NCBI GenBank assembly: GCA_964016885.1
Contig: OZ024766.1
Coordinates: 16,120,001 to 16,184,000 of the forward strand
Origin: Eledone cirrhosa
Taxonomy: Eukaryota
Length of the DNA stretch: 64,000 bases
Reading direction: 5' to 3'
Shown here: positions 10,426 through 25,125 of the stretch, piece after piece
How the letters are laid out: every line of letters starts with the position of its first letter
How positions within the stretch are numbered: position 1 is the stretch's first letter
Program-made: the position numbers and the translations under genes
Notes under the pieces: model-generated
What the model was told of the DNA's origin: nothing
The model's input: the letters and a program-made list of their open reading frames with translations, nothing else
Databases searched by the model: none

Positions 10426-13400
10426 GTCATGTTGAATGTTTTTCAAGATGTTATGGTCGGCATATTTCTGGTCATCCACCAGTCAAGGTTTATTTTCATA
10501 CACAAACTTACGCAACACTTCAATATCATGGTTTGTCTCCTGAAAAACTGATTGTATTACCTCAATTTCTTCTGGCTCTGGCATCCTGGATTGCTATTCA
10601 TTGCTGGAATTCAATGGGACAGGTTGCACAGAGGTTGATTGTAAATCCTGGAGGTAGATTCCACATAAATATTGCTATAACATCTTTGGGCTGGGTGTAG
10701 ATAGTCGTCTGACATATTGTTTTTGTACTCCTGCCAGGGTAGATGAGATTTATTCCACATGCTGTGAGTATAGTAGCAAACAACTGTCTTATTTAACTGG
10801 CTACTCCAGTGTCTGCTCCTTCTAGTCTCTTCTTCCAATGTCAGTTGTCATACAGGAGTCCATGGCTGACTTATTTAACTGGCTACTCCAGTGACTGCTC
10901 CTTCTAGTCCCTTCTTCCAATGTCAGTTGTCATACAGGTGTCAATGGCTGTTATTTTACTGGCTACTCCAGTGACTGCTCCTTCTGGTCCCTTCTTCCAA
11001 TGATAGTTGTCATACAGGTGTCAATGGCTGTTATTTAACTGGCTACTGCAGTGACTGCTCCTTCTGGTCCCTTCTTCCAATGTCAGTTGTCATACAGGTG
11101 TCAATGGCTGTTATTTAACTGACTGCTCCTTCTAGTCCCTTTTTCCAATGTCAGTTGTCATACAGGTGTCCATGGCTGTCTTATTTAACTGGCTACTCCA
11201 GTGACTGCCCCTTCTAGTCCCTTCTTCCAATGTCAGTTGTCATACAGGTGTCCATGGCTGTCTTATTTAACTGGCTACTCCAGTGACTGCCCCTTCTAGT
11301 CCCTTCTTCCAATGTCAGTTGTCATACAGGTGTCCATGGCTGTCTTATTTAACTGGCTACTCCAGTGACTGCCCCTTCTAGTCCCTTCTTCCAATGTCAG
11401 TTGTCATACAGGAGTCCATGGCTGTCTTATTTAACTGGCTACTCCAGTGACTGCCCCTTCTAGTCCCTTCTTCCAATGTCAGTTGTCATACAGGTGTCCA
11501 TGGCTGTCTTATTTAACTGGCTACTCCAGTGACTGCTCCTTCTCGTCTCTCTTTCCAATATCAGTTGTCTTACAGGAGTCCATGGCTGTCTTATTTAACT
11601 GGCTACTCCAGTGACTGCTCCTGCTAGTCTCTTCTTCCAATGTCAGTTGTCATACAGGAGTCCATGGCTGTCTTATTTAACTGGCTACTCCAGTGACTGC
11701 TCCTTCTAGTCCCTTCTTCCAATGTCAGTTGTCATACAGGTGTCCATGACTGTCTTATTTAACTGGATACTCCAGTGATTGCCCCATCTAGTCTCTTCTT
11801 CCAATGTCAGTTGACATACAGGTGTCCATGGCTGTCTTATTTAACTGGCTACTCCAGTGACTGCTCCCTCTAGTCCCTTCTTCCAATGTCAGTTGTCATA
11901 CAGGAGTCCATGACTGTCTTATTTAACTGGCTACTCCAGTGACTGCTCCTTCTAGTCCCTTCTTCCAATATCAGTTGTCATACAGAAGTCCATGGCTGTC
12001 TTATTTAACTGGCTACTCCAGTGACTGCTCCTTCTAGTCCCTTCTTCCAATGTCAGTTGTCATACAGGTGTCCATGGCTGTCTTATTTAACTGGCTACTC
12101 CAGTGACTGCTACTTCTAGTCTCTTCTTCCAATATCAGTTGTCATACAGGAGTCCATAGCTGTCTTATTTAACTGGCTACTCAAGTGACTGCTCCTTCTA
12201 GTCCATTCTTCCAATGTCAGTTGTCATACAGGAGTCCATGGTTGTCTTATTTAACTGGCTACTCAAGTGACTGCTCCTTCTAGTCCATTCTTCCAATGTC
12301 AGTTGTCATACAGGAGTCCATGGTTGTCTTATTTAACTGGCTACTCAAGTGACTGCTCCTTCCAGTCCATTCTTCCAACGTCAGTTGTCATACAGGAGTC
12401 GATGGCTGTCTTATTTAACTGGCTACTCAAGTGACTGCTCCTTCTAGTCCATTCTTCCAATGTCAGTTGTCATACAGGAGTCCATGGTTGTCTTATTTAA
12501 CTGACTACTCCAGTGACTGCTCCTTTTAGTCCCTTCTTCCAATGTCAGTTGTCATACAGGTGTCCATGGCTGTCTTATTTAACTGGCTACTCCAGTGACT
12601 GCTCCTTCTAGTCTCTTCTTCTAATGTCAGTTGTCATACAGGTGTCCATGGCTGTCTTATTTAACTGGCTACTCCAGTGACTGCTCCTTCTAGTCCCTTC
12701 TTCCAATGTCAGTTGTCATACAGGTGTCCATGGCTGACTTATTTAACTGGCTACTCCAGTGACTGCTCCTTCTAGTCCCTTCTTCCAATGTCAGTTGTCA
12801 TACAGGTGTCCATGGCTGTCTTATTGAAATGGCTACTCCAGTGACTGCTCCTTCTAGTCCCTTCTTCCAATGTCAATTGTCATACAGGTGTCCATGGCTG
12901 TCTTATTTAACTGGCTACTCCAGTGACTGCTCCTTCTAGTCCCTTCTTCCAATGTCAGTTGTCATACAGGTGTCCATGGCTGTCTTATTTAACTGGCTAC
13001 TCCAGTGACTGCTCCTTCTAGTCCCTTCTTCCAATGTCAGTTGTCATACAGGTGTACATGGCTGACTTATTTAACTGGCTACTCCAGTGATTGCCCCTTC
13101 TAGTCTCTTCTTCCAATGTCAGTTATACAGGTGTCCATGGCTGTCTTATTTAACTGGCTACTCCTGTGACTGCTCCTTCTAGTCTCTTCTTCCAATGTCA
13201 GTTGTCATACAGGAGTCCATGGCTGTCTTATTTAACTGGCTACTCCAGTGATTTCCCCTTCTAGTCCCTTCTTCCAATGTCAGTTGTCATACAGGAGTCC
13301 ATGGCTGTCTTATTTAACTGGCTACTTCAGTGACTGCTCCTTCTAGTCCCTTCTTCCAATGTCAGTTGTCATACAGGAGTCCATGTCTGTCTTATTTAAC

Positions 13401-16400
13401 TGGCTACTCCAGTGACTGCTCCTTCTAGTCCCTTCTTCCAATGTTAGTTGTCATACAGGTGTCCATGGCTGTCTTATTTAACTGGCTACTCCAGTGACTG
13501 CTCCTTTTAGTCCCTTCTTCCAATGTCAGTTGTCATACAGGTGTCCATGGCTGTCTTATTTAACTGGTTACTCCAGTGGCTGCTCCTTCTAGTCCCTTCT
13601 TCCAATGTCAGTTGTCATACAGGAGTCCATGTCTGTCTTATTTAACTGGCTACTCCAGTGACTGCTCCTTCTAGTCCCTTCTTCCAATGTTAGTTGTCAT
13701 ACAGGTGTCCATGGCTGTCTTATTTAACTGGCTACTCCAGTGACTGCTCCTTTTAGTCCCTTCTTCCAATGTCAGTTGTCATACAGGTGTCCATGGCTGT
13801 CTTATTTAACTGGCTACTCCAGTGACTGCCCCTTCTAGTCTCTTCTTCCAACGTCAGTTGTCATACAGGTGTCCATGTCTGTCTTATTTAACTGGCTACT
13901 CCTGTGACTGCTCCTTCTAGTCTCTTCTTCCAATGTCAGTTATCATACAGGAGTCCATGGCTGTCTTATTTAACTGGCCACTCCAGTGACTGCTCCTTCT
14001 AGTCTCTTCTTCCAATGTCAGTTATCATACAGGAGTCCATGGCTGTCTTATTTAACTGGCCACTCCAGTGACTGCTCCTTCTAGTCTCTTCTTCCAATGT
14101 CAGTTGTCGTACAGGAGTCCATGGCTGTCTTATTTAACTGGCTACTCCAGTGATTTCCCCTTCTAGTCCCTTCTTCCAATGTCAGTTGTCATACAGGAGT
14201 CCATGGCTGTCTTATTTAACTGGCTACTGCAGTGACTGCTCCTTCTAGTCTCTTCTTCCAATATCAGTTGTCATACAGGTGTCCATGGCTGTCTTATTTA
14301 ACTGGCTACTCCAGTGACTGCTCCTTCTAGTCCCTTCTTCCAATGTCAGTTGTTATACAGGTGTCCATGGCTGTCTTATTTAACTGGCTACTCCAGTGAT
14401 TTCCCCTTCTAGTCCCTTCTTCCAATGTCAGTTGTCATACTGGAGTCCATGGCTGTCTTATTTAACTGGCTACTGCAGTGACTGCTCCTTCTAGTCTCTT
14501 CTTCCAATATCAGTTGTCATACAGGTGTCCATGGCTGTCTTATTTAACTGGCTACTCCAATGACTGCTCCTTCTAGTCCCTTCTTCCAATGTCAGTTGTC
14601 ATACAGGTGTCCATGGCTGTCTTATTTAACTGGCTACTGCAGTGACTGCTCCTTCTTCTCTCTTCTTCCAATGTCAGTTGTCATACAGGAGTCCATGGCT
14701 GTCTTATTTAACTGGCTACTCCATTGATTTACCCTTCTAGTCCCTTCTTCCAATGTCAGTTGTTATACAGGTGTCCATGGCTGTCTTATTTAACTGGCTA
14801 CTCCAGTGATTTCCCCTTCTAGTCCCTTCTTCCAATGTCAGTTGTCATACAGGAGTCCATGGCTGTCTTATTTAACTGGCTACTCCAGTGATTTCCCCTT
14901 CTAGTCACTTCTTCCAATGTCAGTTCTCATACAGGTGTCCATGGCTGTCTTATTTAACTGGCTACTCCAGTGACTGCTCCTTCTAGTCCCTTCTTCCAAT
15001 GTCAGTTGTCATACAGGTGTCCATGGCTGTCTTATTTAACTGGCTACTCCAGTGACTGCTCCTTCTAGTCTCTTCTTCTAATGTCAGTTGTCATACAGGT
15101 GTCCATGGCTGTCTTATTTAACTGACTGTTCCTTCTAGTCCCTTCTTCCAATGTCAGTTGTCATACAGGTGTCCATGGCTGACTTATTTAACTGGCTACT
15201 CCAGTGACTGCTCCTTCTAGTCCCTTCTTCCAATGTTAGTTGTCATACCGGTGTCCATGGCTGTCTTATTTAACTGGCTACTCCAGTGACTGCTCCTTCT
15301 AGTCTCTTCTTCCAATGTCAGTTGTCATACAGGTGTACATGGCTGACTTATTTAACTGGCTACTCCAGTGATTGCCCCTTCTAGTCTCTTCTTCCAATGT
15401 CAGTTATCATACAGGAGTCCATGGCTGTCTTATTTAACTGGCTACTCAAGTGACTGCTCCTTCTAGTCCATTCTTCCAATGTCAGTTGTCATACAGGTGT
15501 CCATGGCTGTCTTATTTAACTGGCTACTCCAATGACTGCTCCTTCTAGTCCCTTCTTCCAATGTCAGTTGTCATACAGGTGTCCATGGCTGTCTTATTTA
15601 ACTGGCTACTGCAGTGACTGCTCCTTCTACTCTCTTCTTCCAATGTCAGTTGTCATACAGGAGTCCATGGCTGTCTTATTTAACTGGCTACTCCATTGAT
15701 TTCCCCTTCTAGTCTCTTCTTCCAATGTCAGTTGTCATACAGGTGTGCATGGCTGACTTATTTAACTGGCTACTCCAGTGATTGCCCCTTCTAGTCTCTT
15801 CTTCCAATGTCAGTTGTCATACAGGAGTCCATGGCTGTCTTATTTAACTGGCTACTGCAGTGACTGCTCCTTCTAGTCTCTTCTTCCAATATCAGTTGTC
15901 ATACAGGTGTCCATGGCTGTCTTATTTAACTGGCTACTCCAGTGACTGCTCCTTCTAGTCCCTTCTTCCAATGTCAGTTGTTATACAGGTGTCCATGGCT
16001 GTCTTATTTAACTGGCTACTCCAGTGATTTCCCCTTCTAGTCCCTTCTTCCAATGTCAGTTGTCATACTGGAGTCCATGGCTGTCTTATTTAACTGGCTA
16101 CTGCAGTGACTGCTCCTTCTAGTCTCTTCTTCCAATATCAGTTGTCATACAGGTGTCCATGGCTGTCTTATTTAACTGGCTACTCCAATGACTGCTCCTT
16201 CTAGTCCCTTCTTCCAATGTCAGTTGTCATACAGGTGTCCATGGCTGTCTTATTTAACTGGCTACTGCAGTGACTGCTCCTTCTTCTCTCTTCTTCCAAT
16301 GTCAGTTGTCATACAGGAGTCCATGGCTGTCTTATTTAACTGGCTACTCCATTGATTTCCCCTTCTAGTCCCTTCTTCCAATGTCAGTTGTTATACAGGT

Positions 16401-18022
16401 GTCCATGGCTGTCTTATTTAACTGGCTACTCCAGTGATTTCCCCTTCTAGTCCCTTCTTCCAATGTCAGTTGTCATACAGGAGTCCATGGCTGTCTTATT
16501 TAACTGGCTACTCCAGTGATTTCCCCTTCTAGTCACTTCTTCCAATGTCAGTTCTCATACAGGTGTCCATGGCTGTCTTATTTAACTGGCTACTCCAGTG
16601 ACTGCTCCTTCTAGTCCCTTCTTCCAATGTCAGTTGTCATACAGGTGTCCATGGCTGTCTTATTTAACTGGCTACTCCAGTGACTGCTCCTTCTAGTCTC
16701 TTCTTCTAATGTCAGTTGTCATACAGGTGTCCATGGCTGTCTTATTTAACTGACTGCTCCTTCTAGTCCCTTCTTCCAATGTCAGTTGTCATACAGGTGT
16801 CCATGGCTGACTTATTTAACTGGCTACTCCAGTGACTGCTCCTTCTAGTCCCTTCTTCCAATGTTAGTTGTCATACCGGTGTCCATGGCTGTCTTATTTA
16901 ACTGGCTACTCCAGTGACTGCTCCTTCTAGTCTCTTCTTCCAATGTCAGTTGTCATACAGGTGTACATGGCTGACTTATTTAACTGGCTACTCCAGTGAT
17001 TGCCCCTTCTAGTCTCTTCTTCCAATGTCAGTTATCATACAGGAGTCCATGGCTGTCTTATTTAACTGGCTACTCAAGTGACTGCTCCTTCTAGTCCATT
17101 CTTCCAATGTCAGTTGTCATACAGGTGTCCATGGCTGTCTTATTTAACTGGCTACTCCAATGACTGCTCCTTCTAGTCCCTTCTTCCAATGTCAGTTGTC
17201 ATACAGGTGTCCATGGCTGTCTTATTTAACTGGCTACTGCAGTGACTGCTCCTTCTACTCTCTTCTTCCAATGTCAGTTGTCATACAGGAGTCCATGGCT
17301 GTCTTATTTAACTGGCTACTCCATTGATTTCCCCTTCTAGTCCCTTCTTCCAATGTCAGTTGTCATACAGGTGTCCATGGCTGTCTTATTTAACTGGCTA
17401 CTCCAGTGATTTCCACTTCTAGTCCCTTCTTCCAATGTCAGTTGTCATACAGGAGTCCATGGCTGTCTTATTTAACTGGCTACTCCAGTGATTTCCCCTT
17501 CTAGTCACTTCTTCCAATGTCAGTTGTCATACAGGTGTCCATGGCTGTCTTATTTAACTGGCTACTCCAGTGACTTCCCCTTCTAGTCTCTTCTTCCAAT
17601 GTCAATTGCCCCATGCATGAGTTGTTGTTCTTTAGATGCTTCTTGGTATGTGCTGCACTCTTCCACCAAATCACCTGAGATCCTCAAATAACGTTGGTCC
17701 TTGAACAATATGCAGAAGTGACTGTAAATAAAAACTCTCTCTGTTGTTGGGGTGGTCATTGTAAACATGCCCAATAGCATCACTTGCCTTGACTTCATCA
17801 CCTTCCACTAAATGACCCTGCTTCCTTTGATTCCAAGTCTTACAATTGGTCCAGGTGTAGTATTTTGGGATGTCAGCATATAGGAGGGATCGAACAAATT
17901 CTTTATTCTGGCAGAGTTTCAAAAAAGCAGTTAGAGTAGTGTCAGGTGGTACTGGTGTCAACTAATGAGCAGTGGTTTCAGTGAAGTACACACTCTTTCC
18001 ATTTTCTATATGTATAGAGATA
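10426..18022 (-). mobile_element. Helitron RepHel remnant, unit 2, split by a ~6.8-kb satellite
   Basis: Same peptides (ORFs 10598-10838 and 17671-17961). Confidence 0.85.
10784..17607. repeat. 82-bp satellite, ~83 copies
   Basis: Uninterrupted tandem monomers. Confidence 0.98.
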
Positions 18023-21019
18023 AGGATGAAAAGCAAAGTTAATCTCTCAGAGGTTAGCTTTGCCTTTCATCCTTACGGGGTCGGTAAAATAAAGTACCAG
18101 TAATGTACTAGGGTAATTGCTGACCTTGTGCCTAATGTAGAAACAATTATTACGAGGTCGATAAAATAAAGTACCAGTAATTCACTGGGGTATTTACTGG
18201 CCTTGTGCCAAAAGTAGAAACAATTATCACATTTCTTTTTTATAAATCACATCACTATATAATTAAGTACGACTGGAACTGTGTCTGAAGGTATTAAATT
18301 ATGTCAGGGACTTTTAACGTTTGACACCGTACGAGAGTTTAAACATTCGCCAAGACACCGAGTACCTGCTGTCTTCGTGATAACTTTAATTAATCTAATT
18401 ATATCTTGTGTAACAATTATATATATATACACACACACAATTTTAATACCCCGACACCAGTCTTACACTGTCATATCTATTCTTACTTTACAATTGTGTC
18501 TACTAAGAGTTCCATTACAATCTGTAGTAGTAAAACTACTATTTCACCAGAACATCTGCTCTCAGTCATTTATAGACAATATATATATTTTAGACCACAT
18601 ATCAACCTAATATATATATATTTCCTATCAAATCTGTAGCTAAAGACATAAAGTCAGCCTCACTACTTCATTCTAACAAGATATCAATTTATGACTAAAG
18701 ATGAAGAAGATACACCAACGTTAATGTCGTGAAATAAAGCTGATAACATTGAAACTTCTAATTTGATAACAAAGAGATTATTTCTTTGGTTGTTTAGTAA
18801 CAACTAACAACACAACACATTGATTATATTTGAAGGAGGTAAGTTGACAAAGATTTACTTAATGTCTATATTAATGTGTGTAAATAATATAATTATGTGA
18901 CCCCTACAACGATCTAGTAATTAACCAGATTCCACTGTTACATGTGATATAAAATATATTGTTATCATGACTGTCTTTATTATTTAAATTACCTCCGTCT
19001 ATTTAATTATCTTGTTCACTACCTTACATTATAAAATATAGTTTATATTTAGCTGTACCTTGTTATTGCTTTAAATAAATTAAAGATATATTTATTATTT
19101 AAATTACCTCCGTCTATTTAATTATCTTGTTCACTACCTTACATTATAAAATATAGTTTATATTTAGCTATACCTTGTTATTGCTTTAAGTAAATTAAAG
19201 ATATCTTTATTATTTAAATTACCTCCGTCTATTTAATTATGTGGTTCACTACCTTACATTATAAAATATATTTTATATTTAGCTGTACCGTGTTGTTGCT
19301 TTAAGTAAATTAATATTTTGTCTATTTTAGTCTAAATCTCTTACAATTTAATTAACTTCATCTACTTATGGTTGAACATTACTTTATTGTGGGTTTCATT
19401 TCATTAAAATTATGTCTGAGTTAGCCAGCCAAGTAGTGGTTGAGTATCTGTATTTCAGGGCACTGCTTTGATGGTGAAGGGACATCTGTTGGTGTGGGAT
19501 CTCGGTGGCTGTACATAATAAGGTTCTAATACTCTAAAGAGCTAGCTGAATAACCGTCTGATACATGTCTTGTATAGAGGATCATAAAGCCATGTATAGA
19601 AGAGTAGTCAGCAATGTCAGGATTAACATTCATAGTGAAGTGGCAGTATCGGTAGAGAGTCGGACACCATGCTTTGAGGCACAGAGTTACGTCCCTTTAA
19701 GATCTGAGTTCAAATCCCGCCGAGGTTAACTTTGCCTTACATCCATGTGGGGTCTATAAAATAAAGTACCAGTAATGTACTGGGTAATTGCTGGCCTTAT
19801 GTTTAAAATAGAAACGATTATAGTGAAGAATTTGGAGTGTAATCTGGTGTCCACCAGGGCTCTGTTCTTAGCCCTCACTTAGTTATTATCGTCCTGCAGC
19901 CTATAACAGAGATGTTTAAGACTGGCTGCCCATGGGCACTCCTGTATGCTCAGCAGGTCCTGAAGAATGCGATCATATGCATTTTCAAGGTCTATAAAAC
20001 GATAATATATACCTCTTAGCAATACTCCCACGATTTCACAAAGACCTGCCACATAGTGAATAATTGGTGGGTTATGTTGCACCCAGGGAGAAAACAGCAC
20101 TATCCATCAGCTAGCTTGGACTCGATACATCACTTTGCCAGAAACTTACCATATACTTTACCAGGGAGGCTTAACAAGGTGATCCCTCTCTATTTGGAAC
20201 AATCTCTCGTGTCTCCCTTTTTATAAATTGCGATTATTACTCCCGAGTGCCATTTCAGAGACCCAGGCCATCTGACACACATGAGTTGGTCACATTTGAG
20301 CTCTTTAATTGCTCTTGTGACCTCAGCCTCCGAGAGATTAGTCACCGCTGTCAGATTCACCTCATGTACATCCGAAGATGCTGTTGTGATCGGGTTTGGG
20401 AGATCAGCAAAGTATTCTCTCCACCTCATGAGGATCCATCTCTCTGAAGAGAAGAGAACCCCAGATACACTCATGGTTGCAGGTGTGGAGGAAGATTTCT
20501 TGTAACTAATTAAAAATTAAAATAATTTGATTTTTCAATAAAAAGTTTCTAGGGTTTATAGATGTAAAGTTTCCACTGTTAAATCTATCTCTGCTTCTTA
20601 AGTATTCTCTATTATCTCATACTGTTTCTTTTTCATTTCAGAATATCAGATGACATTGGGATAAATTATTATTTTCAATCTTGGATACATCACCTCTATT
20701 TATCATCATTTGAAGATTAAAACTTTTTAAACAGAACTTATATAACACTGTTTATATAAATCTATCAGAATTACTGTGATATATTTCCTCAGAACTGAGT
20801 TTAAAGACAAAATTCCTTTTCTTCACAGTGTGGTATATATATGGGAGATATATTTTGTATTTTAACTCAGCTTCAATGACAAAGAAGTTTGATCATTTCA
20901 GATATTAACTGAGATCATAATTGAGGGAAATATAACAGAAGTAATATTTTTTAGGAATATAATATAAAAAATATTAAAGAATAACATCTGTAAATTCTGC
21001 CAAGGGAAGAAGAATTATT

Positions 21020-22633
21020 ATGGAAAATATATTGAGTGAAAAGAAGATTAAATGTGAAACAATGTCTAAAGATATGGCTATTACAGAAGAGATGTCAAAG
21101 GATAGAGGAGAGAAGCCATATCACTGTGATGTCTGTGGTAAATCATTCTCTGTTAGGAGTAAATTAACTAGTCACAAACGTACCCATACAGGAGAGAAGC
21201 CATATAACTGTGATATCTGTGATAAATCATTCTCTGAAAGTGGTACCTTAACTATACACAAACGTATACATACAGTAGAGAAGTCATATCACTGTGATAT
21301 CTGTGGTAAATCATTCTTTGTTAATGGTAATTTAACAAGACACAAACGTACACATACAGGAGAGAAGCCATACCACTGTGATATCTGTGGTAAATCATTC
21401 TCTCGAAGTAGTCACTTAACTGGCCACAAACGGACACATACGGGTGAGAAGCCATATCGCTGTTTTATCTGTGGTAAATCATTCTCTCTAAGTAGTATAT
21501 TAACTTTTCACGTACGTACCCATACAGGTGACAAACCATATCACTGTGATATCTGTGGTAAATCATTCTCTCGAAATAATATATTAACTTGTCACATACG
21601 TACCCATACAGGAGACAAGCCATATCACTGTGATATCTGTGGTAAATCATTCTCTCGAAGTAGTAAATTAACTAACCACATGCATATACATATAGGTGAG
21701 AAACCATATCGCTGTGATATTTGTGGTAAATCATTCTCTCGAAATAATACATTAACTTGTCACATACGTACCCATACAGGAGACAAGCCATATCACTGTG
21801 ATATCTGTGGTAAATCATTCTCTCTAAGTAGTATATTAACTTTTCACGTATGTACCCATACAGGTGACAAACCATATCACTGTGATATCTGTGGTAAATC
21901 ATTCTCTCGAAATAATATATTAACTTGTCACATACGTACCCATACAGGAGACAAGCCATATCACTGTGATATCTGTGGTAAATCATTCTCTCAAAGTGGT
22001 CACTTAACTAGCCACAAACGTACCCATACAGTAGAGAAACCATATCGCTGTGATATCTGTGGTAAATCATTCTTTGTTAATAGTAAATTAACTAGACACA
22101 AACGTGTACATACAGTAGACAAGCCATATCACTATGATATCTGTGGTAAATCATTCTCTGATAGTGGTAGCTTAACTAGCCACAAACGTATACATATAAG
22201 AGAGAAGCCATATCACTGTGATATCTGTGGTAAATCATTCTCTCAAAGTCCTGGCTTAACTAGGCACAAACGTATACATACAGGAGACAAGCCATATCAC
22301 TGTGATATCTGTGGTAAATCATTCTCTCAAAGTCCTGGCTTAACTAGGCACAAACGTATACATACAGGAGAGAAGCCATATCACTGTGATATCTGTGGTA
22401 AATCATTCTCTGAAAGTGGTAACTTAACTAGCCACAAACGTATACATACAGGAGAGAAGCCATATCACTGTGATATCTGTGGTAAATCATTCTCTGAAAG
22501 TGGTAACTTAACTAGCCACAAACGTATACATACAGGTGAGAAGCCACATCACTGTGATATCTGTGGTAAATCATTCTCTCAATTAAGTAGTTTAACTAGA
22601 CACAGATATACCCATACAGGTAAGAAACCATAA
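21020..22633 (+). CDS. Poly-C2H2 zinc-finger protein, gene 2 (537 aa, 18 fingers; finger 13 has Cys->Tyr)
   Basis: Same leader as gene 1 plus 18 x 28-aa repeats; YHYDICG in finger 13. Confidence 0.95.
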   Translation: MENILSEKKIKCETMSKDMAITEEMSKDRGEKPYHCDVCGKSFSVRSKLTSHKRTHTGEKPYNCDICDKSFSESGTLTIHKRIHTVEKSYHCDICGKSFFVNGNLTRHKRTHTGEKPYHCDICGKSFSRSSHLTGHKRTHTGEKPYRCFICGKSFSLSSILTFHVRTHTGDKPYHCDICGKSFSRNNILTCHIRTHTGDKPYHCDICGKSFSRSSKLTNHMHIHIGEKPYRCDICGKSFSRNNTLTCHIRTHTGDKPYHCDICGKSFSLSSILTFHVCTHTGDKPYHCDICGKSFSRNNILTCHIRTHTGDKPYHCDICGKSFSQSGHLTSHKRTHTVEKPYRCDICGKSFFVNSKLTRHKRVHTVDKPYHYDICGKSFSDSGSLTSHKRIHIREKPYHCDICGKSFSQSPGLTRHKRIHTGDKPYHCDICGKSFSQSPGLTRHKRIHTGEKPYHCDICGKSFSESGNLTSHKRIHTGEKPYHCDICGKSFSESGNLTSHKRIHTGEKPHHCDICGKSFSQLSSLTRHRYTHTGKKP

Positions 22634-25125
22634 CAAAGTCATATCTCATTGTCTCAAAATTGTAAATAAATTATACACAAATACATTCATATGAGTGAGA
22701 AGCCATACCACTGTGATATTGTGGAGAAATTATTCTCTTGTATTGCTACATTAACTACATACAAACATAAATATATACTGGAGAAAAGCCATTTTACTGT
22801 GATATCTGGGGGAAATTGTTATCTATAAAAGCTAGCTTAACTAGACAGAAACATATACATACAGGAGAGAAACCATATCACTGTGATATCTGTGGGAAAT
22901 CATTCTCTGAAATAAGTCACTTCACTCAGCATTAACAATTACAGAAAAGGGACCATATCACTGTGATATCTGCAGTAAATCATTCTCTAAATATTGTGGC
23001 TTCACTACACACTAACATATACAGGAGAGGAACCATATCACTGATATCTGCAGTAAATCATTCTCTAAATGTGGCTTCACTAGACACTAACATATACAGG
23101 AGAGGAACTATATCACTGTGATGTCTGTGGTAAATCCTTCTCTAAATTTTGAGGCTTCCCTACACACTAACATATACAGGAGAGGAACCATATCACTGTG
23201 TTGTCTGTGGTAAATCATTTTCTAAATGTTGTGGTACCAACATAAGGTTACTTAATGTAACAGAAACACAATCAGACAAGATAAAAACGATATCACTCAC
23301 CCAAAATAGTGCCACCAATGTTGTTAATGTTTTGAATAAAACTTGTTTGTTCTGAAATTATTCTCCTTTCATTTTATTAGTAGAAGTTGTAACCAAGACT
23401 TATGCTGACAAATCTGTATGGTACAGAATTTACAAACACTGTATATTTTTGTGCCAAAACATCTATGATCTCGGTTTACAGCTGATGAAGGGTTTATTTT
23501 CTCCTTTTATCCATATTACCATCTTAAACTTTGTTTACAGTAACCACACAGATCCTTTCGTTTCTTATAATTTTATATATATATGACAAAGGAAGGGTGG
23601 TAAAGAACCAGATGGACCATATACGCACCAGAGTACTCAATACTTAGGGTAGTAGAGCGGGTAATAGGAAAATGTTTAACCCCGACGGCAGAACTCAATC
23701 CGTTTCGACGGCTATTTCTGGAAACAGTCCAGAAATAACCGTCGAAATGGCTTGAGCTCTGCCGTCGGTGTTAAACATTTTCCTATATATATATATATAT
23801 ATGTATGAGTGTATATGTCAGTGTGTAGAAGTTTCTGTCCATGAAAATGATTATCTTTATTTGTGTATATGTGTGTGTGTGTATATGTATGTGTATGTTT
23901 ATATGTGTTCTTATATACATGTGTGCACATCTTGATATATTTTCAGTGTCTGTTCTAGTTCTCAGAGTACAAATCCTACTGAGGTAAAGTTGCTTCGATA
24001 TTTTGAGGCCAATAAATGAAATACCAGTGAAATACTGGGGTGGTTAATTCCTCTTCTTTGTCATTGTCTGTTTGTCTACTCTTCTCTTTCTCTGTATATA
24101 TATATATATATATCCAAAATTTAGATAAATAAAATTATTCTATATCAAATTATGGGTGTCATGCCAGAAAGACATGCGCCATATCACTCGTAAAATAAGC
24201 CCCATGGAGCTTATTTTATTAGTGATATGGCGCCTGTCTTATTGGCATGACACCCATGATTCGATTCAGATTAATTTTATTTTAATTTATCTTAATTTTG
24301 GAAATATATATATAAATACGGCCTCTTAATTGTAGAGCTAACTCTGTTGAAAGAACCTGACTGCTGTTTCTAGTTGTCAATAACCCTATTCACGCCACTG
24401 GGACGAAGCTGGTATGATGTGTTTATTTTTAGTAAATACAGCACGTGTTACTGGTCAGTCGCTGATTTGAACTTGATGCGTAAACACAGATGGTTGGACT
24501 TCTTCCTGGTTGAGAATCCAAGATCTGGCTACTGTCGTTTACCAATCGATTAATTGGTGAAATATATTTCTTTAATGGAATATATACAAGGAAGATTAAT
24601 CATTTTCTAAGGTATCTATTTTTGAAGTTCTAGTTAAACTTTATTTAGTTACCTACCTAGCTATGTGTGCTTACACACTTTTACAAATTATCCCCTGTGA
24701 TTGTTTCATATGTTTATTTATATGTCAATCAATTTCTAGCTGATATATATATATATATATATATATACGTGGAAAAGTAAAATATAGCAGAACAGACCGT
24801 TAAAAGATGTTTATTTAAAATAGCACCTATGTAATGAAGACATGACAAATTGTCCTCGCGCTCTCTCTATATTTATAGAAAAGGTGAAGTTGGAAATAGC
24901 ACGGAAAATATATTTTAAGGGTCTGTTTTTCTGTTATTTATCTTTTGATTCGTCAAAGTGACATTATTGAAAAAATGGGAGGGACATCATCATTCATCAT
25001 CATTTCATTTCACGTCCGCATTTTCCCTGCTTGCAAGGGTGGGACAGGAACTGATTGTTGCTTGATTTCTACAGATGGATGCCCTTCCTAACGCCAACCT
25101 CATTTACAGAGAGTGCTGGGTGTTG

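Noticed and set aside
10784-17607. CRISPR-like appearance of the 82-bp and 84-bp arrays
   Set aside because: No unique spacers, no cas genes, eukaryotic context; the 84-bp array is protein-coding.
21465-21986. Minus-strand repetitive [10 protein letters not shown] ORFs (also 61181, 61847)
   Set aside because: Antisense frames of zinc-finger repeats.
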